64,000 bases of DNA from Hormiphora californensis (GCA_020137815.1 CM035359.1:5890001-5954000); one strand, 5' to 3'; shown: positions 38,372 to 51,960, numbered from the stretch's first letter. Numbers and translations are program-made. The notes: a model not told the origin generated them from the sequence alone.

Positions 38372-40334
38372 GGTTAACAAAATTTCATATTTGCAGGACT
38401 TGACCTCAATGAAAATTAAGCCCCTGACCGCCGAAAAGATGGAGTTGGCGGCCCATAATCTGTGTGATAGAGAGCTGGAGAATTTGCAATTTAGCGATAA
38501 CCTTCCTGACTGGCTGAAGGATAGGTCAGTTTAATTTACTAATTTACTAATTTACTAATTTACTAATTTACTAATTTACTAATTTACTAATTTACTAATT
38601 TACTAATTTATATAGTTGATTGTCCTTGCCTCGGATAGTGCTCTACTCACCAGGAGGAGCTGTTTACAAATAAAAACAAGGAAGTTTTAGTTCAACAGTT
38701 TACACATGTTTCAATACAAATTGTATTTCATCAGAACTGAATCACACTTTTCCCGTTCCAGGTTTCTTGCTTGCTCCTTCATAAAGCCATCCAATTAGAG
38801 ATTGTATTTCTTGTGATGTCTGCAACTACCCATGATCTCGCTTCTCCGGTTTAGGAGTTGGTGGTTCCTGGACTCCATCAAAATCTCCATCTTTTCGGTA
38901 GTGCACAGGTCACAGAACCGATCCCCAATTCTGTACGGTCTCTAATTGGATGGCTTTATGAAGGAGCAAGCAAGAAACCTGGAACGGGAAAAGTGTGATT
39001 CAGTTCTGATGAAATACAATTTGTATTGAAACATGTGTAAACTGTTGAACTAAAACTTCCTTGTTTTTATTTGTAATTTACTAATTTACTAATTTACTAA
39101 TTTACTAATTTACTAATTTACTAATTTACTAATTTACTAATTTACTAATTTACTAATTTACTAATTTACTAATAGATTTATTCAGATAGAACTAATGTTA
39201 CTCTCGAGTCTTGCATTGTTCATTCTCTTGTTTCGTTCAAAACATTTTTAGAGAGGCGGTCGAGTAAGGCAAGTATAGTTCTCCTCTCCCCTGTATTATC
39301 TCTACAAGCTTCCTTTATCACTTCGCGTCACCTTCCTAAATCCTAAATCCTACCCTTCTTTTATCACTCTCCTATCATCTCTGATATATATACCCTGTCA
39401 TCTCTACCCATTCTCATCTGAGATGGGCTATCTTCCTACCATTCTTTTCTCATCTATCTGATTACCCCCCATAACATCTTACCCATCCCTCTCCCTATTC
39501 ACATCTCCCTGCCTCCCACAGATACCTGACAACATCGCTCTCTCTCCCAGATACCTATAATTCACATCTCTCTCCCACAGATACCTGCGAATCACACACG
39601 ACGAAATGAGTTTAGAGCCCGTTGCCAGCGCCGAAAAGGTTTATAAGTTTATTGGAAGGGATATACCTGATAATATGAGGGACTTTCTTATTGAGCATAC
39701 CACTGTACAGAAAAAAGGTAGGTTTTCAACCATAGTTGGTGGCTCCTAGAAACAAAATGATGTGTTTTTAATATTTTAACAAGAATTTCTTTCCCGATCC
39801 GCTTGATGAGTCCTATCACCCAGGCACCTCATGATTCCCATGAAACTTTGTTTTGTCCGTTACCGGCTAGCACATTAATCGTGTACTGATTGTCTACTGT
39901 GCGGCAGTTTGTCTGTTTTTGTATCCTGGTAACTATGTCAAACACACCCTGATAACCACTAACCAATAACCACCCTGGTAACCACTAACCAATAACCACC
40001 CTGGTAACCACTAACCAATAACCACCCTGGTAACCAATAACCAATAACCACCCTGGTAACCACTAACGCGTGGTTTTTAGTAGTCACCCCATCTAACCAC
40101 TAACCACTGTGTTAAACCACTTCAAACCACTAAACACCACGTTTAATCCCAGGTAATCTCAACACGAGTAAAGACTCGAAGGCAGTTTTGGAAAAATGGA
40201 AACATGCAGATGCTATGACGATGCCAATTATTCGGGCTGTTGAGGAATCCTGTAAGGGAGTAATGGACATTATGGGGTATACACCATACGATCCAGAGGA
40301 GGAGGAGAAGGACAATAATTTTGAGTCATCGTGA
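31586..40334 (+). CDS. Golgi carbohydrate sulfotransferase (CHST1/3/4/5-like); exons 31586-31946, 37351-37455, 37558-37667, 37981-38118, 38397-38524, 39581-39717, 40153-40334
   Basis: Type II TM anchor; 5'-PSB RTGSTFLGELF..YLFEP; K/LIRL; 3'-PB HLIRDPRGTMNSR; C-terminal C..VMDIMGY. All splice phases are compatible. Confidence 0.9.
32010..33780. repeat. Duplicated non-autonomous (Helentron-like) elements with GTTGCTATGGTAACC repeats, (GGAC)n and GC-rich hairpins
   Basis: 32015-32430 resembles 32745-33145; 32545-32680 resembles 33620-33760; hairpins at 33147, 33190 and 33580. Confidence 0.55.
33837..35275 (+). CDS. Small secreted, highly basic WSC-like domain protein; exons 33837-34062 and 35103-35275 (132 aa), nested in CHST intron 1
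   Basis: Signal peptide; LGCWKD..RAI..C..A..FKVIAIQDGGQCFSG..YKKHG...C.GG.GG.WANSVY. Phase-1 GT-AG intron. Confidence 0.82.
34337..35067. mobile_element. Tc1/pogo-type MITE, same TIR family as 27064-27235
   Basis: TA-CAGTCGGACCCCGATTTAACGGC ... GCCGTTAAATCGGGGTCCGACTG-TA. Confidence 0.88.
35648..36298 (-). mobile_element. 5' end fragment of the Tc1/mariner element at 63093
   Basis: Reverse complement of 63093-63712, apart from a short indel. Confidence 0.85.
38664..39076 (-). mobile_element. Penelope-like 3' fragment with inverted duplicated terminal repeat, inserted in a (TTTACTAA)n array
   Basis: Minus 38941-38795 reads RPYRIGDRFCDLCTTEKMEI..LLNRRSEIMGSCRHHKKYNL*, a PLE GIY-YIG C-terminus. 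Arms 38664-38801 and 38939-39076 are perfect inverted copies. Confidence 0.85.
39001..39044 (+). ncRNA. Type I hammerhead ribozyme (inverted twin at 38696-38739 on the minus strand)
   Basis: CAGTT-CTGATGA-AATACA/att/TGTATT-GAAA-CATGTG-TA-AACTG: intact core, 5-bp stem I, 6-bp stem II, GUA cleavage triplet. Confidence 0.85.
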
Positions 40335-41216
40335 AATTAATTTAATTAATTTTATATTATAATATATTTTACAAGGGTAGCTAGTTTGAGTTGGTCTGTG
40401 TGTTAATTGCAGGTGTACAAGAGGTGTGACATGTTAGGTCCATTGTTATAGCAGCCGACTAGCTGAGTGTAAATACAATATGGCCAGGGGTGCACATCTG
40501 TCTGCGCCCTACATCATTGTAGAGGCCACGGCAGGGGGATTTATGAAGGGTAACTTATTTTATGTAACCTAAGACCATGATAATTGTGTTAGTTCCCATG
40601 GTTGTGTTACATTGACCAACCTTTGTGTTTTGTTCACATCTTCTGTTAAGAAATTCAACTGTTTTTAGAGTCAAGAGTGGATTTATCAGCTAATATCATT
40701 TATTATTCTCACTTTATTGATATTGAAATTTTGAGTTTCAAGAAAAAATGTAAACGCCAACCATTTCCGCCTTTCGTGTTTTCCCCCGTCTCCCTCTTCA
40801 ATCTTCATAGCGATAGTGAAACTCCCTTCACCCTGAGGGCTGAGACACCCTCTATCCCTCTTCCTCTCACTACTGTATGTAATTGTATGCTACAACATGT
40901 ACAAAAGATAACACTGACGTCCCTACCCTATGTCCCCTCCCTTTCCTATCTCTATAGTGTCCAATTTCTCGTGCCGGAAGTCGAGTTTATTACTACCCCT
41001 GCTTTTGTTCCTTCGTGTTTTGGCATATAATATATCAGTATAATATTGTATATGTGTGAATACAATTTTGTTTCTCATATACTTTTTGATGGTAAACTGA
41101 AGTTTTTGAATTCAGCAAATATGTGTTTTCTCTTAGATACCACAAGTTTTTAACTGGATTTGAAACTAAAATATTAAATAATTTGTTTTCAAAGTAGGTA
41201 GCTGAAGCTCTAAAAC

Positions 41217-43348
41217 ATGGCGTCCACATCGTCCATACAAATAGGGGAGGGAGGAGGAAGGACCCGACTGCAGTCCTTCCACGAGCAATCTCTGTCAGTG
41301 TTCAGTGCTATGATTTCACGAACCCCTGACCACGAGGTTTGTAATTAGCTAATTAATTGTAATTAGTTAATTAATCAAATATATATGCTCTCTAATTACT
41401 TCTTGTGATCGGGGTGGACTAGCTTACTGTTCATTGTTCAATTTATTTCATTACCACCCCACAAAATTCTTGCCTCGTTCGACTCTCTCGGCTCTGTCAC
41501 CGAGAAAAATATTAGAAAGGGGGGGGGGGGCATGAATGAAAAATTCTTGAGGTTGAGAGGGGACAATTGACAGGGGTACAGGTATCACCGCTGCATTATA
41601 TAGACCTCTTTGTAGACGAGATTTAGCACACAGAGTGTGCATGTGACCTTGTAGACCACATGGGATGCAGGGACTGGGGTCGTTATGGCAGCTATTTCTG
41701 CACAAATAGTCGTTATGGTAACGACACAATTGTGCTGCTAAACAACCCCTTCACGCCAATTTACCTCATGGGATGTAGACAGAGATATAGACTCATCATT
41801 AGGATCCACGTACCAGGATCCTGGTATCAGGATCCAATTGGGCCCTTACCTCATGAGATATTGTTATGTTCAAACCCATTTAGGGGGTCTAGCTAGACAT
41901 ATAATACATACATACAGACAGGGATATAGAGTCATCATCAGGAATTTTCACTTTTTTCTCTCAAAAAGAACTTTTGATATACACCTCTAAAGTCTAGACA
42001 CCTTTCAGGGTAAAGGGAGTATGATAGGAGCGATTTGTATTTTGATGAACGCCGTCCTTGGTGCCTCAATCATTGTCCTCCCCTCTGCGTATGGAAGTGT
42101 GGGGATCATTACTGCTATCATTATGGAGGTCTTCACCGTCGCTATAGCGAGTAAGTATATTCGGGTATCTCAGTCATATAATCAATCATTTCGTTTGGAG
42201 GAGAAGTTATATTTAGTACATTTGGTGTCTATTATATGGGAATTAGAACACTTTTGTTTTGGAATGCCACTAAATTTCCATCTCTATTTCAGTGATAACC
42301 CACATGGTACTAGCGGACGCAGTGGATAGTCACGATGGTACAAACTACCAAGATCTCGTTGGCAAAGTATGTGGATATCCGTTTCAACTGTCCGCCCAAA
42401 TCCTTCTTTTCTTTTATACCTACGGCCTCTCCATCGCATCCCACATTACAATCGGGGACCAACTGGACAAAGTGTGTCATTTGGTACACCCATCAGGAGG
42501 TCTCATCTGTCACCGAGACGTCCTGACCCCTATCGCTTCCATGCTCTTTATATTCCCATTGGTGTGGATTAAAAACATTGCCAATTTCTCCTACGCTTCA
42601 ATCCTCTCTGTTAGCGAGTGTAGTGTACCTCGTCATCGCCATCATGTTGGACTACCTCCCCGGACCTCCAGCTGATACCCAAATATGGGTGCTGACGGAG
42701 GGACCTGATTTCATGACAATTCTCCAGTACCTCCCTACATTTGTCCTGGGATTCCAATGTCACATGACCAGTGTCCCACTGTACTACGAGCTAAACCAGC
42801 GATCCATACCCCGGTATTTGATCGTGCTGTGCTCAATGAGCGTGGGTGTCCTTGTGATGTATATCCTAACAGCAATCTTTGGACTTTTAACATTTGGACT
42901 GACGGTTGAATCTGATGTTTTAGTTAGTTATGGTAGTAGCGATAAACTAATGCTAGTCTCACGAGTTGCTATTGCTGTTAGTGTGATCGCTAGTTATCCC
43001 ATATTTACCTACCTAGGCCGCTCTGCGTTTGATGACACGCTACGTCAAGCGGTGGCTAAATTCTCTGGCTGGGAGATGGCCGAACATAGTACCCTGCGAA
43101 GAGCCCTGACTTTGTGTATTTGGCACGGGAGTGCACTGGCTATATCGTGCCTGACTAGTAATCTGGCGAGTGCTATAAGTTTAGTGGGAAGTATTGCAGC
43201 GCTCTTTATGTTGTTTTATCCAGGAATGATGCTCATTATGCAAGGGGGGAGTAAAGCGTGGCTCGTTTCTGGGGCTATTCTTGCTATCCTGGGGCTTTTT
43301 ATATTCTTTTGGACCGTCGGGTTTACACTTTACCAAATGGCCGTTTAA
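41217..43348 (+). CDS. SLC38A7/8-like amino-acid transporter; exons 41217-41336, 42009-42150, 42293-43348 with one frameshift near 42610
   Basis: ILMNAVLGASIIVLPSAY, IGDQL, GFQCHMTSVPLY, FGLLTFG..VESDVLVSY, SYPI; about 11 TMs. Confidence 0.85.
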
Positions 43349-43367
43349 AGAGAGATGGGTGTGTGAG

Positions 43368-43490
<123 letters not shown>

Positions 43491-44271
43491 AAGAGAGATT
43501 AGCGTGAGAGAGAGATGGGTGAGAGAGAGAAAATACTTTTATGATCCTTTTTGTGACAGTTTGCTATGCATGAATAACCAAGTTTTAGATGTCTGTAATT
43601 TGAAAGATTATATTATTGTAAACCGTTTGTAAATTGATTATTCAGTTCAAATCTTATTAACCAACTGAGTTTAAAACTTCTCAGTTCTCCCCAATTCAAT
43701 ATCTGGAAATTACAATGTTATGTCTGGTGTTTGTCGTCAACGTGTCCCCAGCTGGGTTGAATCTGTCACACTCTCAAATGAACTTGGGAGCGCGCGCGGC
43801 CGCCGAACCAATATTTGGTAGAGTTAGTCGCGCGGCTAAATCTTGGATCGTGGGAAAATGAAGATGGGCCGATCTCAAGCAATGTCACATTTCCACGCCA
43901 ATTTCTGGTTGCTGTGGAGATGCCCCATTTGTTGCCAAGGGACAAAATAAAATTGGCATATCTCAAGATCTGCGTCAATAGATCAGAATTGTAAAAACGA
44001 ACCAACAACAGTTACCACTAAAAAACTCCCCTAGTTCTAAAAAATTGAGGCTTCTCCCAAAAAGAGTCCATTCCGTTTGGATGTAGTCGTTGGTGTTCCC
44101 AAAAAGGTGAATCCATGATAGTTGGCTGGCCAGGAACAGCTCCCCCTGAAAAAACACGGGTAATATGAAATAGTACGAGGCCACTTGAATTGTTCATACG
44201 GTCACAGTGTCAAGCGACTCAAGAGCTCACACACACACTCCCCCCTCTCTCTCTCTCTCTCACCAGATGTG

Positions 44272-47200
44272 TTAGTGTTTCTTGATGATCTGCACGATGT
44301 CCTCATCACATAAAACGTGTTCCTTTCCCACACGCTGCGGCTGGTACTTGACACTGTTGCCCCACACAAGAGCATACTTCAGATCTTTCATAATAGCCTT
44401 GTGCAGACTGAAGGGAGAGGTTGTGTTATTCAGGGTTTGTGTTAGTTGTTGTTGTTGGTTCTGTTGGTATAATACTAATAGTTTGTTTTGTGTGTAGGAG
44501 GGAAAGGGCAATGGGGACAATATCAATATAGCATTATACTTGTTTCTTACTTGTTACAAAATGTTTCGAGAGTTCTGTTATCCTCTTTTAGGACCACAGG
44601 GGCATTAAAGTCAGGCAGCTGGCCCTTTGGTTTTGTATAAATCCTGAAAAGGAAAAGTCAAATAATGAAAGTCAAGCCCTTGATTTCTATCAAGGATATT
44701 AAATCTAAGAAAATCAAGAAGATTCTAAACTCGTTACTGACTGGTTTCGCTTTGCTTCAATTCTGAGAGAAGAATGGCAGAGTAAAAAGTAAAAACTAGA
44801 AAGTTCGTTAAAATCTTACCTAGTCAGATTAAGATAGTCCCACATTTTCTCGAGCAAATCATCGAAATTCCATTTGTGATGGGCAGACAGAGGAACACAG
44901 TGAGGGATCTTGTAAATAATATCCAGTTCTTCTATCGAGATCTAGATGAGATAGATTTAGTGAGAGAAGATATTTTTATTATTGATCATTCTCTCATTAT
45001 ATTTTAAAAGGGGGCTGAACGAGACTGTCTGGACAATTCGAGACTTTAGTTAATTGAAAAGCAATCTTGAAAGAACTACAACTTTTTATTGAACTCTACT
45101 CTTGCATCATCCTTTTGCATCGGGACATCATACTACTTACTAGTTACTAAGCAAATTGTGTGACAGAGGTCACCTAGCAACTACACAGTACTTACACTTG
45201 CACGTGCAATTATTAGAGGGACCTGGAGAGATCTCTCCCGGTTGCAGTTGGGTACCAAGGGGAAATTCAATTCTGCACGTGCATTCTTTTACTTTTGTCC
45301 TGATGTCTAGCTCTTCCACCCCAAGCGCTATTCGGCAACGGTTATATGGGTCCAGAAGATCTGCTGCTGTCAGAGAGTAGGCTAGAGAATATGACAGATT
45401 ACGCCAACGTGTTCAAGCGAGCCAATCAACGACTACGGATAGCTTTACCCAACGTCGCCCAAGGGTGATTACTCCAGTCGAATATAGAAATCTCCGAATC
45501 GGCTACATAGCGGCCAAGTTTTCACGTGATGAGTTTCTGGAACAGCACTGCATCTCCGTGACATTGATCTCTTAAATTCGGACCTTGACATTTAGTAGAG
45601 TCGATAACTACATCGACCTCTCCCAATTGTTCCAGTTTTTGTCACATCTGTTTGGAGCCTCGACACGACCTCTAAACAGGTGTTACTTTTTCACAAACTG
45701 TTTTCATCTTGGTGTAATCAGCAGTTGAAATGTTGCTGATCATAAAAAAAACCTGACTAAATTTTTTCAACTTGGGGTAAAACCATGGGTGTCAAAAGTT
45801 AGCTCTAGGTCCCCTGAGTAACCATCCGGAGACTCTAAGAGATATTTCAAGCCGTTCTCCTGTAATCATTAATCCCGGTAGAGCACATATTTGAGCATGG
45901 ACGTACGTGCAATTGCCTACAACCTCAACTTTAATGTATAACGTTAATGTGCGTCTCTCTCTTTTCTCCCCCTTGAGAAAGAGTTATCTCGCGCGGCGCA
46001 ACCGCACGTGCGGTTTTTCCAGAGAGAGTGAGAGACATACAATAACATGTAAACAGCCTGCCAGCGCTCACGTACGTCCGCATTGTATTTTTTCTCCACC
46101 GGGATTAATGATTGCGGGAGAACGGCTTGAAATATCTCTTAGAGTCTCCGGATGGTTACTCAGGGGACCTAGAGCTAACTTTTGACACCCATGGTTTTAC
46201 CCCAAGTTGAAAAAATTTAGTCAGGTTTTTGTTATGATCAGCAACATTTCAACTGCTGATTACACCAAGATGAAAACAGTTTGTGAAAAAGTAATACCTG
46301 TTTAGAGGTCGTGTCGAGGCTCCAAACAGATGTGACAAAAACTGGAACAATTGGGAGAGGTCGATGTAGTTATCGACTCTACTAATTGTCAGGAAGCCCA
46401 GAGCGTACAACAACATGAGTAGGGAGAAAGTGAGAGATAGGCTAGGAACGGATGGTGCAGGTGATGTCAGCGTTCCCTAATCCAGCTACCATTTCCCCGA
46501 AATTCGCCCGTAGGGCGAACGGGCCTACTAGTTTAGTTAATTAATAATTAAATAATTAGTTAATTATCAATTACCTGATCAATCTTGTTAAGAACGTAGA
46601 TACAGGGAACATAGATTCGGTTACCCTCGATTACATCAATCAAATCATCACAAGTGCAGTCTTCCTTGAGTATGATGTCTGCGTTACTGATTCGGTACTC
46701 TGAGAGAATCTGAGAGGAATAGTTGAGTGAGGGAAGAAGAGGGTTAAAAGTACCCTTTTGGGTTAATTTCGGCTATATAAGCCTCATGGAGACTGAGGAG
46801 GATCCAGAATGAATGGTTCGTAAGTTTTATGTATACTAGAGGCCAACGTTATAGTAACAACGGCTAATACCAAGGGATTCATGTCTTGAAAAATCAATTT
46901 TCGCCCATTTTGAAACATTTTACCCCATAGCTTGGCCAACACTTATCAGACGCTAACCGTAACGAAGCCAAGGGGCACCGTTCTGCTCTCTTTCACACAA
47001 ATGATTGGGAGTCACCGCGTCACACCGCTCAAAGAGCTTGGTATAACGTCGGCTTAGTATCACCAACCAACGAAGAGAGCTTTGTGGGTGAGGGCAGATC
47101 CTGTTGTTATTTGTATTGTTCATACACAAGCTGTTATGGGGGGGGGGAAGTATCATTTTCAAGGCTTTCAAAGAGGCTACCGTTCATCAGATGAATTTCC

Positions 47201-48972
47201 TCGGTCCTCCCCATCAAAGCATCCTTTCGCCGCTAGTTCGCCGCTCATATCGGGTCCGCCCCGGACTTTGGAGACAGATGTGTCTGTAAATGCGCGTAGT
47301 ATCCTGCGCCACTGTGATCTAACAGCGCTCTCGCGCGCTACGAACAAATACGAGAAATAGCGGGACAAGCAAGGGACACAGACAGACGAGGAGCGAGCAA
47401 CCAACTTCACAAATTCTATAACTTAAGCTCATAGTTGCAGAAAAGCTAACCTGTTTAACTGAGTCAAGATCAAGTTCTGACTGGGCCACCACTTGGGTCA
47501 GGTTAATACCTCCCTTCTCTTTTCTTCGGAACGTTATGTTCGGAGGCTGCTTGTTCAGACGAATACCAAAACCTAAAATATAAGGAAGGGGGTTAATCGC
47601 TGTCAATTAATTGAATCAATGGATTAGTAGGTAGCTGTAGCATGGATAAACATGCGCGGGGAGGGAGGGTCCAACAAGGCTATGTAACTAGGGGGTCTAT
47701 CTTTCCCTGTCCAGAGGCGCAGTCAGTCTCTGGTTTGGTCTTTAGCACACACCTTGCTCGACCCTGTTTCACTGTGCCCCACACAAATATTAACATTAAA
47801 ACAGTATATTTACCTTCCAGCTCCTTCTCAATTATTGCTTTGTCTCCCAGAGGCTTCAACACATCAAGCACAATAAAAATGAGTTTACACGTCCGAGCCA
47901 CCGCAATGACCTGTCTACCTGCGCGATAATCAAGTCATTAGTCCCTCGTAAAGTTATCTAAAATGATTTTAAAAAAACGGGGTGATTTGATCATCTCAAT
48001 TCATTACCTCGACCCTTTCCATCTTTTGCACCCTCAATAATTCCAGGCAAATCCAGCAGCTGAATCTTAGCACCCTTATACCTGTACAAGTTTTAGTGAA
48101 CACCCTTTTAACTCTGAACACGTTTAGCAGGGTGAGGTAAAATCCAAAAGTAATGTGTTTCCAATTATATGATTATACTTCTAGTAGACAAGCACAAAAA
48201 TATTATTTGGAGCTTCGGGGCCTGGCAAGGTCTGGTAAATGTAAATGTGTAAATATGATTTGATTTTTTATATTACCAGTTTGGGCCGCCGGTATCATGG
48301 GCCGCCGGTATTCACTCTTCTATTTACTGATGTTAATGCGCCTCATAAACATTTGGCACTAGAATCCCTATTACCAGTTTATTAGCAGACCTCTATATGT
48401 ACCTAATGACACCGGGAACTGTTGTCAGAGTTGTAAACTCATACGCAGCCACCTCAGAATAAACACCAGCCAAGTTGGACAACAGTGTTGATTTACCAAC
48501 CTGCAATGAAGTATAGAATGTAAATGAGAGTGTGCTGTTAGTTGAGATAGTACAAAATTGCACAATTTGCTGAGTTATGTGTAATAAAGGGTTGCAGATG
48601 ATGTATCCTCCTCCTTACCGCTGTTATGTTCTAACCCTCCCTCGCCCGAACACATTCTAGCTAGGCAACCTTACCGATGGAAAGCCCACGAATCCAATTC
48701 GAGCATCCCCAGTTTTAGCCACATCAAAACCTTCCCCTGTCGCTGCTCCCCCACTTTTAGGAGTAATCAGTTCTCGCTTGAACTTGGCCAACCTTGGAAG
48801 AGATTTAGAATTAGGATGGGATTGTGAATAACGAACAAAACTCAAAAGTTTTAAAAAATGAGTAAACTTACTTTGCCTTCAACATCCCCAAATGAGCAGA
48901 GGTGGCTTTGTTTTTCTGCGTTTTGGCCATTTCATCTTCGATGGCTTTGATTTTTTCAACAAGTGTCGACAT
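44272..48972 (-). CDS. DRG1: Developmentally regulated GTP-binding protein 1; exons 48972-48872, 48792-48675, 48500-48403, 48081-48008, 47918-47814, 47572-47451, 46709-46575, 44941-44820, 44643-44551, 44407-44272 (367 aa)
   Basis: [70 protein letters not shown], and TGS end [17 protein letters not shown]. Exon lengths sum to 1104 nt. Confidence 0.96.
45593..46384. mobile_element. Second copy of the ~790-bp long-TIR MITE, in a DRG1 intron
   Basis: Near-identical to 29791-30583 in opposite orientation. Confidence 0.9.
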
Positions 48973-49813
48973 GGTGGGCTAATAGAAGGTTATGGAATAA
49001 GGATTTATGTCGGATTTCCGATTTTTTTTGCAAAATAACAAATATCGCATGGGTAACATTTCAAATAAATCCGAGGAGATTAAAACTTCGCTCTATTTTA
49101 TCTACAATACCGACCAATACAAGACCACAAGCGAAGGGCCCTCCAATGTGCACTGCTCTCCCTTGATTTTGAAGGGAGTTCGTACGATGGGTTGCAGGCT
49201 GAGACTTGGTACGCTTCAGCTTAATACACCCAAAAAAACTTCGCTCCTAATAAAAGGCTGCAAAAAGGCTACAGTGAATTAAAGGCTGCAGCAGTTGATC
49301 ACTAGACTATACGGTCAAAATTTTTCGATTCGATCTCGATTCGGCGTTTAGGTTGGGCCGTTACTTCGCCATATTGCTGAAATTCAAATTAAATTGGTTA
49401 AAACTCAAATTAATTTGTTTAAAGTGGTGGTGAAAAGTATGAAACTGAATCACGAAGAATTATTTCTCCTGCTTTCGCCTTTAAGTCTTTACTAAAAGAA
49501 GCAGAATTGAAAAAATCGAATAACTAAAAACCTGGATAACTAAACACTGTACAAACTACAAAACAAGAATTAATTGCGTTATAGCACACCTAACACTCGG
49601 TTTCCCTGCGATAAATGGATGTAAAATTGATGAACAAGCTTCAAAACTGGATTTACTGATGAATTTTGCTTCCAAAAAGCAACTTTTTGGCTGATTTCAA
49701 CGATGTCAACAGCAAATTTTTTAGCCGTGGATCAAACTCCTTGAAACTTTTCAGATGGCACACGCTGTAGGCCGCTCTATCGAGCGGGTGCGAGCACGAG
49801 GAGATGGTAGCAA

Positions 49814-50725
49814 CTAAAGTCCATTTTTTTTCAACTGTTCACCCCCAAAGTCGTGCGCGGAATTGTTTTGCGCGTTTATCACATTTTAACCAGGGGCGGC
49901 TCTGCCATGCGGACGATGCGGACGCGTCCGCATTTTTACTTTGGATCACGGAGAGAAAAAGGAAAAATTCAAGGAAAAGGGTCAATTTTTCTCAAAATTT
50001 GATGTTTCAAATGAGATTTTTAGTGAAATCCGCGCGCCACACAGGTTTTTTGCCGTCCCAGTATTTTTTGATCGGCGCGCTACGTCAAAATAGCCAATGC
50101 GGACCATCCGCATTGGGTATTTCGACGGAACGCGCGAGTTAAAAATGTTTCGGCCGCATTTTGACCAGAGCGGCTGAAAGATGTTAACGTGTAGCGCGCG
50201 CAGCGTAAATTAAAATATCGCACGCGCACGAGTTGAGGGGTGAACAGTTGAATAAAAATGGACTTTATACTCCTTTTTTTTTCAACTGTTCACCCCCCAA
50301 AGTCGTGCGCGGAATTGTTTTGCGCGTCTATCACATGTTAACGTGTAGCGCGCGCCACCCAAATTCTAATTTTTATTAAATTTCAGTTTTTGGGTGAACA
50401 GTTGAAAAAAAATGGACTTTAGCACTGAGCACAGGTCAAATTTCAGTTTAAATAATTGGCAAACGTTGCTGGCCCCCGATAGGGGCCAGTAGTCTATCCC
50501 GCGCACCCTTGCCGAAAACCCCTTTCCAGCGCCCATTACTGACGGCGCGCGCAGGATTCATTTCACCATTAAAGTCGGATTTTTTGAAACTGTCACCCCC
50601 CTTTTCGTGCGCGGAATGTTTTTGCGCGTCACATCACATGTTAACGTGTGGTGTGCGCGTCAAAATTGATAAATTTCACATGCGCGGTCATTTTGGGGTG
50701 ACAGTTTCAAAAAATCCGACTTTAG
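49814..50725. mobile_element. Cluster of small MITEs with TAAAGTCC/TAAAGTCGG termini
   Basis: Inverted CTAAAGTCCATTTTTTTCAACTGTTCACCC ends (49814-50421) and a related unit at about 50568-50725. Confidence 0.6.
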
Positions 50726-51324
50726 ACCTATCCCGCGCGCTACACAAAGCATGTTCGTGAACTGAGACAGAGTCCCATTTTGTGACAATTACATAATTAG
50801 GCGAGCGATCCCTAAACCTTGTATCTTTGACCTTGAATCAAAGACGAGGGGCGGTTTGAATCCCCTACCATGCCGGAAATAAATTGATACAAATTGTTTT
50901 TAGTGGTCAATACAACAAAGCAACAAATTACAAAATAACACATGAGATGTAAACAATATTTTATCCTGACTGCCAGCAATTGGGAAGTGGCATAATCAAC
51001 CCCTACTCCTTTCTTTAGCCCACAGAGATTTATAAAATATCACCGGGATATCAAAAATATCACCAAAGATAGTCTATCATATCAGCAGTATCAACACTAC
51101 TGTTCATCTATTTATTTGACGACAACCCGATGTATACCGAAACGAATGCGGCATTTAACTGCAATATGTCCCAGGTTCGGATCGTAACCAATCATTAAAC
51201 TGGGACCAGGGACCTGAGAGGTGGAGAGAGATGAGATCACAAAATACCCTAGCTACTGTGGTATCCAGATTACAGTGCCAAACAGAACACTCGGCAGAGA
51301 ATATGGGGCGAGGTTTGAGAGATA

Positions 51325-51960
51325 AGACAGGGTGCTGGGTGGGGTTCGGGAGAGAATACAGGGTGGGGTTCGGGAGAGAAGACAGGGTGAGGTTTGGGAG
51401 AGAAGACAGGGTGAGGTTTGGGAGAGAAGACAGGGTGAGGTTTGGGAGAGAAGACAGGGTGAGGTTTGGGAGAGAAGACGTAGTGACGTTTGGGAGAGAA
51501 GACGTAGTGACGTTTGGGAGAGAAGACGTAGTGACGTTTGGGAGAGATGACATGGTGACGTTTGGGAGAGATGACAGGGTGGCGTTTGGGAGAGAAGACA
51601 TGGTGACGTTTGGGAGAGAAGGCAGGGTGAGGTTTGGGAGAGAAGACATGGTGAGGTTTGAGAGAGAAGACAGGGTGAGGTTTGGAAGAGATGACAGGGT
51701 GAGGTTTTTGAGAGAAGACAGTGTGATGTTTGGGAGAGAAGACGTAGTGACGTTTGGAAAAGAAGACAGGGTGACGTTTGGGAGAGAAGACAGGGTGATG
51801 TTTGGGAGAGAAAACAGGGTGACGTTTGGGAGAGAAGACAGGGTGAGGTTTGGGAGAGAAGACATGATGAGGTTTGGGAGAGAAAACAGGGTGAGGTTTG
51901 GAAGAGATGACAGGGTGAGGTTTGATACTTTGGAGATAAGACAGGACGAGGTTCGGGAGA
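51325..51960. repeat. 24-bp minisatellite GGGAGAGAAGACAGGGTGAGGTTT, about 25 units
   Basis: Directly visible. Confidence 0.92.

Noticed and set aside
38880-38900. 14-nt antisense match to CHST exon 5 (CCGAAAAGATGGAG)
   Set aside because: Explained as PLE coding sequence (TEKME); probably coincidence.
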